This document shows positions 5,030-5,776 of a stretch of 5,776 nt of DNA, piece by piece. Each line of letters begins with the position of its first letter. Positions within the stretch are counted from its first letter, which is position 1. Below the pieces are notes generated by a model. It searched no databases and had not been told where the DNA came from. It saw nothing but the letters and a program-made list of their open reading frames with translations. Made by a program: the position numbers and the translations under genes. This stretch comes from an archaeon (lineage in GTDB: Archaea > Iainarchaeota > Iainarchaeia > Iainarchaeales > CSSED10-239). The DNA is taken from the NCBI GenBank assembly GCA_041677685.1, contig JBAYPN010000036.1, forward strand, positions 1 through 5,776. Direction: 5' to 3'.

Positions 5030-5033
5030 ATTT

Positions 5034-5483
5034 ATGAAATTAAATACACTAAAAGATTTAGCTGGAAAGTTATTAAAAAAAGGAAAACATAAATTGATTG
5101 TTGATACTGAGAAATTAGAAGTTCACAAAAAAAAAGTAGAAGACTCAATTACTAGAGAAGATGTTAGACAATTGATCAACGACGGTGTTATTAAAAAACA
5201 AAAAAACACAGGTCAATCAACAGGAAGATCTAAAGCTCTTTTAGAAAAGAAAAAACTAAAAAGAAAAAGAGGACCTGGTAAAAGGAAAGGAACAAAGGCT
5301 GCAAGAAAAACTACAAATGAGCATAACCTAAAAGTTAGAGGTCTTAGAAAAAGATTAAAAGAAATTAAAAAAGAAGATAAACTAAATGGTAAAAACTATA
5401 AAAAAGTATACCTGATGATTACTGGTAACTATTTTAGAGGAAAGAAACATTTAGAAGAATATATTAATGGTGAAAATAAATGA
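5034..5483 (+). CDS. rpl19e: 50S ribosomal protein eL19 (L19e)
   Basis: The N-terminal LKDLAGKLLKKGKHKLIVD, ...ITREDVRQLINDGVIKK, a basic GRSKA...KRKRGPGKRKGTKAARK block and ...YKKVYLMITGNYF fit eL19, as does the position between eL32 and uL18. TGA stop at 5481-5483. Confidence 0.93.
   Translation: MKLNTLKDLAGKLLKKGKHKLIVDTEKLEVHKKKVEDSITREDVRQLINDGVIKKQKNTGQSTGRSKALLEKKKLKRKRGPGKRKGTKAARKTTNEHNLKVRGLRKRLKEIKKEDKLNGKNYKKVYLMITGNYFRGKKHLEEYINGENK
5469..5473 (+). promoter_or_regulatory. Shine-Dalgarno GGTGA for uL18, inside the eL19 3' end
   Basis: In ggtgaaaataaatg, ATG 5480 lies 10 nt after the G of GTGA. Confidence 0.6.
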
Positions 5484-5776
5484 AAAGCGGCCCAACTTAT
5501 AATGTCCAATTTAGAAGAAAAAGAACACAAAAAACAGATTACAAGAAAAGATTAAGTTCTTTAAAATCTGAGAAAAATAGATTTGTAGTTAGACTATCAA
5601 ACAAGCTAGTAAGAGCACAAGTTGTTGATTATAAAACACAAGGAGATGTTTGCCTAGCGTCAGTAAATTCAAATGATCTAAAAAAAATATATTCTTGGAA
5701 ATATTCTTTAAACACAACTCCTGCAATTTATTTAACTGCATTGATGTTGTGTGATAAAGCAAAAAAAATTGGAATT
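5480..5776 (+). CDS. rpl18: 50S ribosomal protein uL18 (L18P/L5e), 5' part (open at window end)
   Basis: My own translation from ATG 5480 (ATGA overlap with the eL19 stop) is MKSGPTYNVQFRRKRTQKTDYKKRLSSLKSEKNRFVVRLSNKLVRAQVVDYKTQGDVCLASVNSNDL...NTTPAIYLTALMLCDKAKKIGI, 99 codons with no stop. This matches the archaeal uL18 pattern (GP.Y.V.fRRrReGKTDY..R..LL.s...RlVVR.SNk...aQ......GD..l.sa.S..L....w.....n.paAYLtGll). Confidence 0.9.
   Translation, partial: MKSGPTYNVQFRRKRTQKTDYKKRLSSLKSEKNRFVVRLSNKLVRAQVVDYKTQGDVCLASVNSNDLKKIYSWKYSLNTTPAIYLTALMLCDKAKKIGI

Noticed and set aside
1-5776. Stop-codon reassignment or an alternative genetic code in a reduced genome
   Set aside because: TGA (198, 921, 3430, 5481), TAG (1328, 2885) and TAA (all others) each terminate proteins at the positions expected from family lengths. 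The standard code applies.
1-5776. A hidden novel system (defence island, toxin-antitoxin, mobile element, small RNA gene)
   Set aside because: Every plus-strand ORF is a recognisable translation-apparatus gene in canonical archaeal order. The spacers are at most 92 nt and purely A/T-rich, without stem-forming G/C content. I found no inverted repeats, integrase or transposase remnants, or tRNA-like segments.

Overview
This window is an all-plus-strand, tightly packed archaeal ribosomal-protein super-operon (S10/spc-type cluster). The gene order read from the sequence is: the 3' end of an upstream CDS with a repetitive Lys/Asp/Glu tail (most likely uS3, by synteny only), then uL29, aIF1/SUI1, RNase P protein Rpp29, uS17, uL14, uL24, eS4, uL5, uS14 (Zn-ribbon type), uS8, uL6, eL32, eL19 and the 5' part of uL18. 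Having eS4, eL32, eL19, aIF1 and Rpp29 in this order is diagnostic of Archaea. The DNA is very AT-rich with an A-rich sense strand (judged by eye, not computed). The proteins are K/I/N-rich and fairly divergent, which fits a small-genome, DPANN-like or similarly reduced archaeon; this lineage call is inference. All three stop codons are used as stops, so the genetic code is standard. Most genes are preceded by a Shine-Dalgarno element of the GGTGAT type, and several junctions overlap (ATGA, 8-nt, 14-nt). I see no defence system, mobile element, CRISPR array, tRNA/rRNA gene or unexplained ORF, so this is an ordinary core-translation locus rather than a novel system. Six points merit a second look. 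(1) Perfect in-frame tandem DNA repeats build C-terminal tails on two ribosomal proteins: 45 bp x3 on the presumed uS3 and 15 bp x4 on uS17. (2) Rpp29 is unusually short, about 63 aa. (3) aIF1 has no cysteine in its N-terminal part, although I recall a Cys knuckle at the N-terminus of some archaeal aIF1s. (4) A stereotyped 12-mer, GTGAY-N-TKT-RTG, marks several initiation regions; it makes the ORF-track GTG starts artefacts and places stop codons inside the next gene's SD. (5) A 92-nt spacer with zero C and phased A-tracts interrupts the usually coupled uL14-uL24 pair. (6) The uS8-uL6 spacer contains oligo-T tracts, and uL6 probably starts at GTG.
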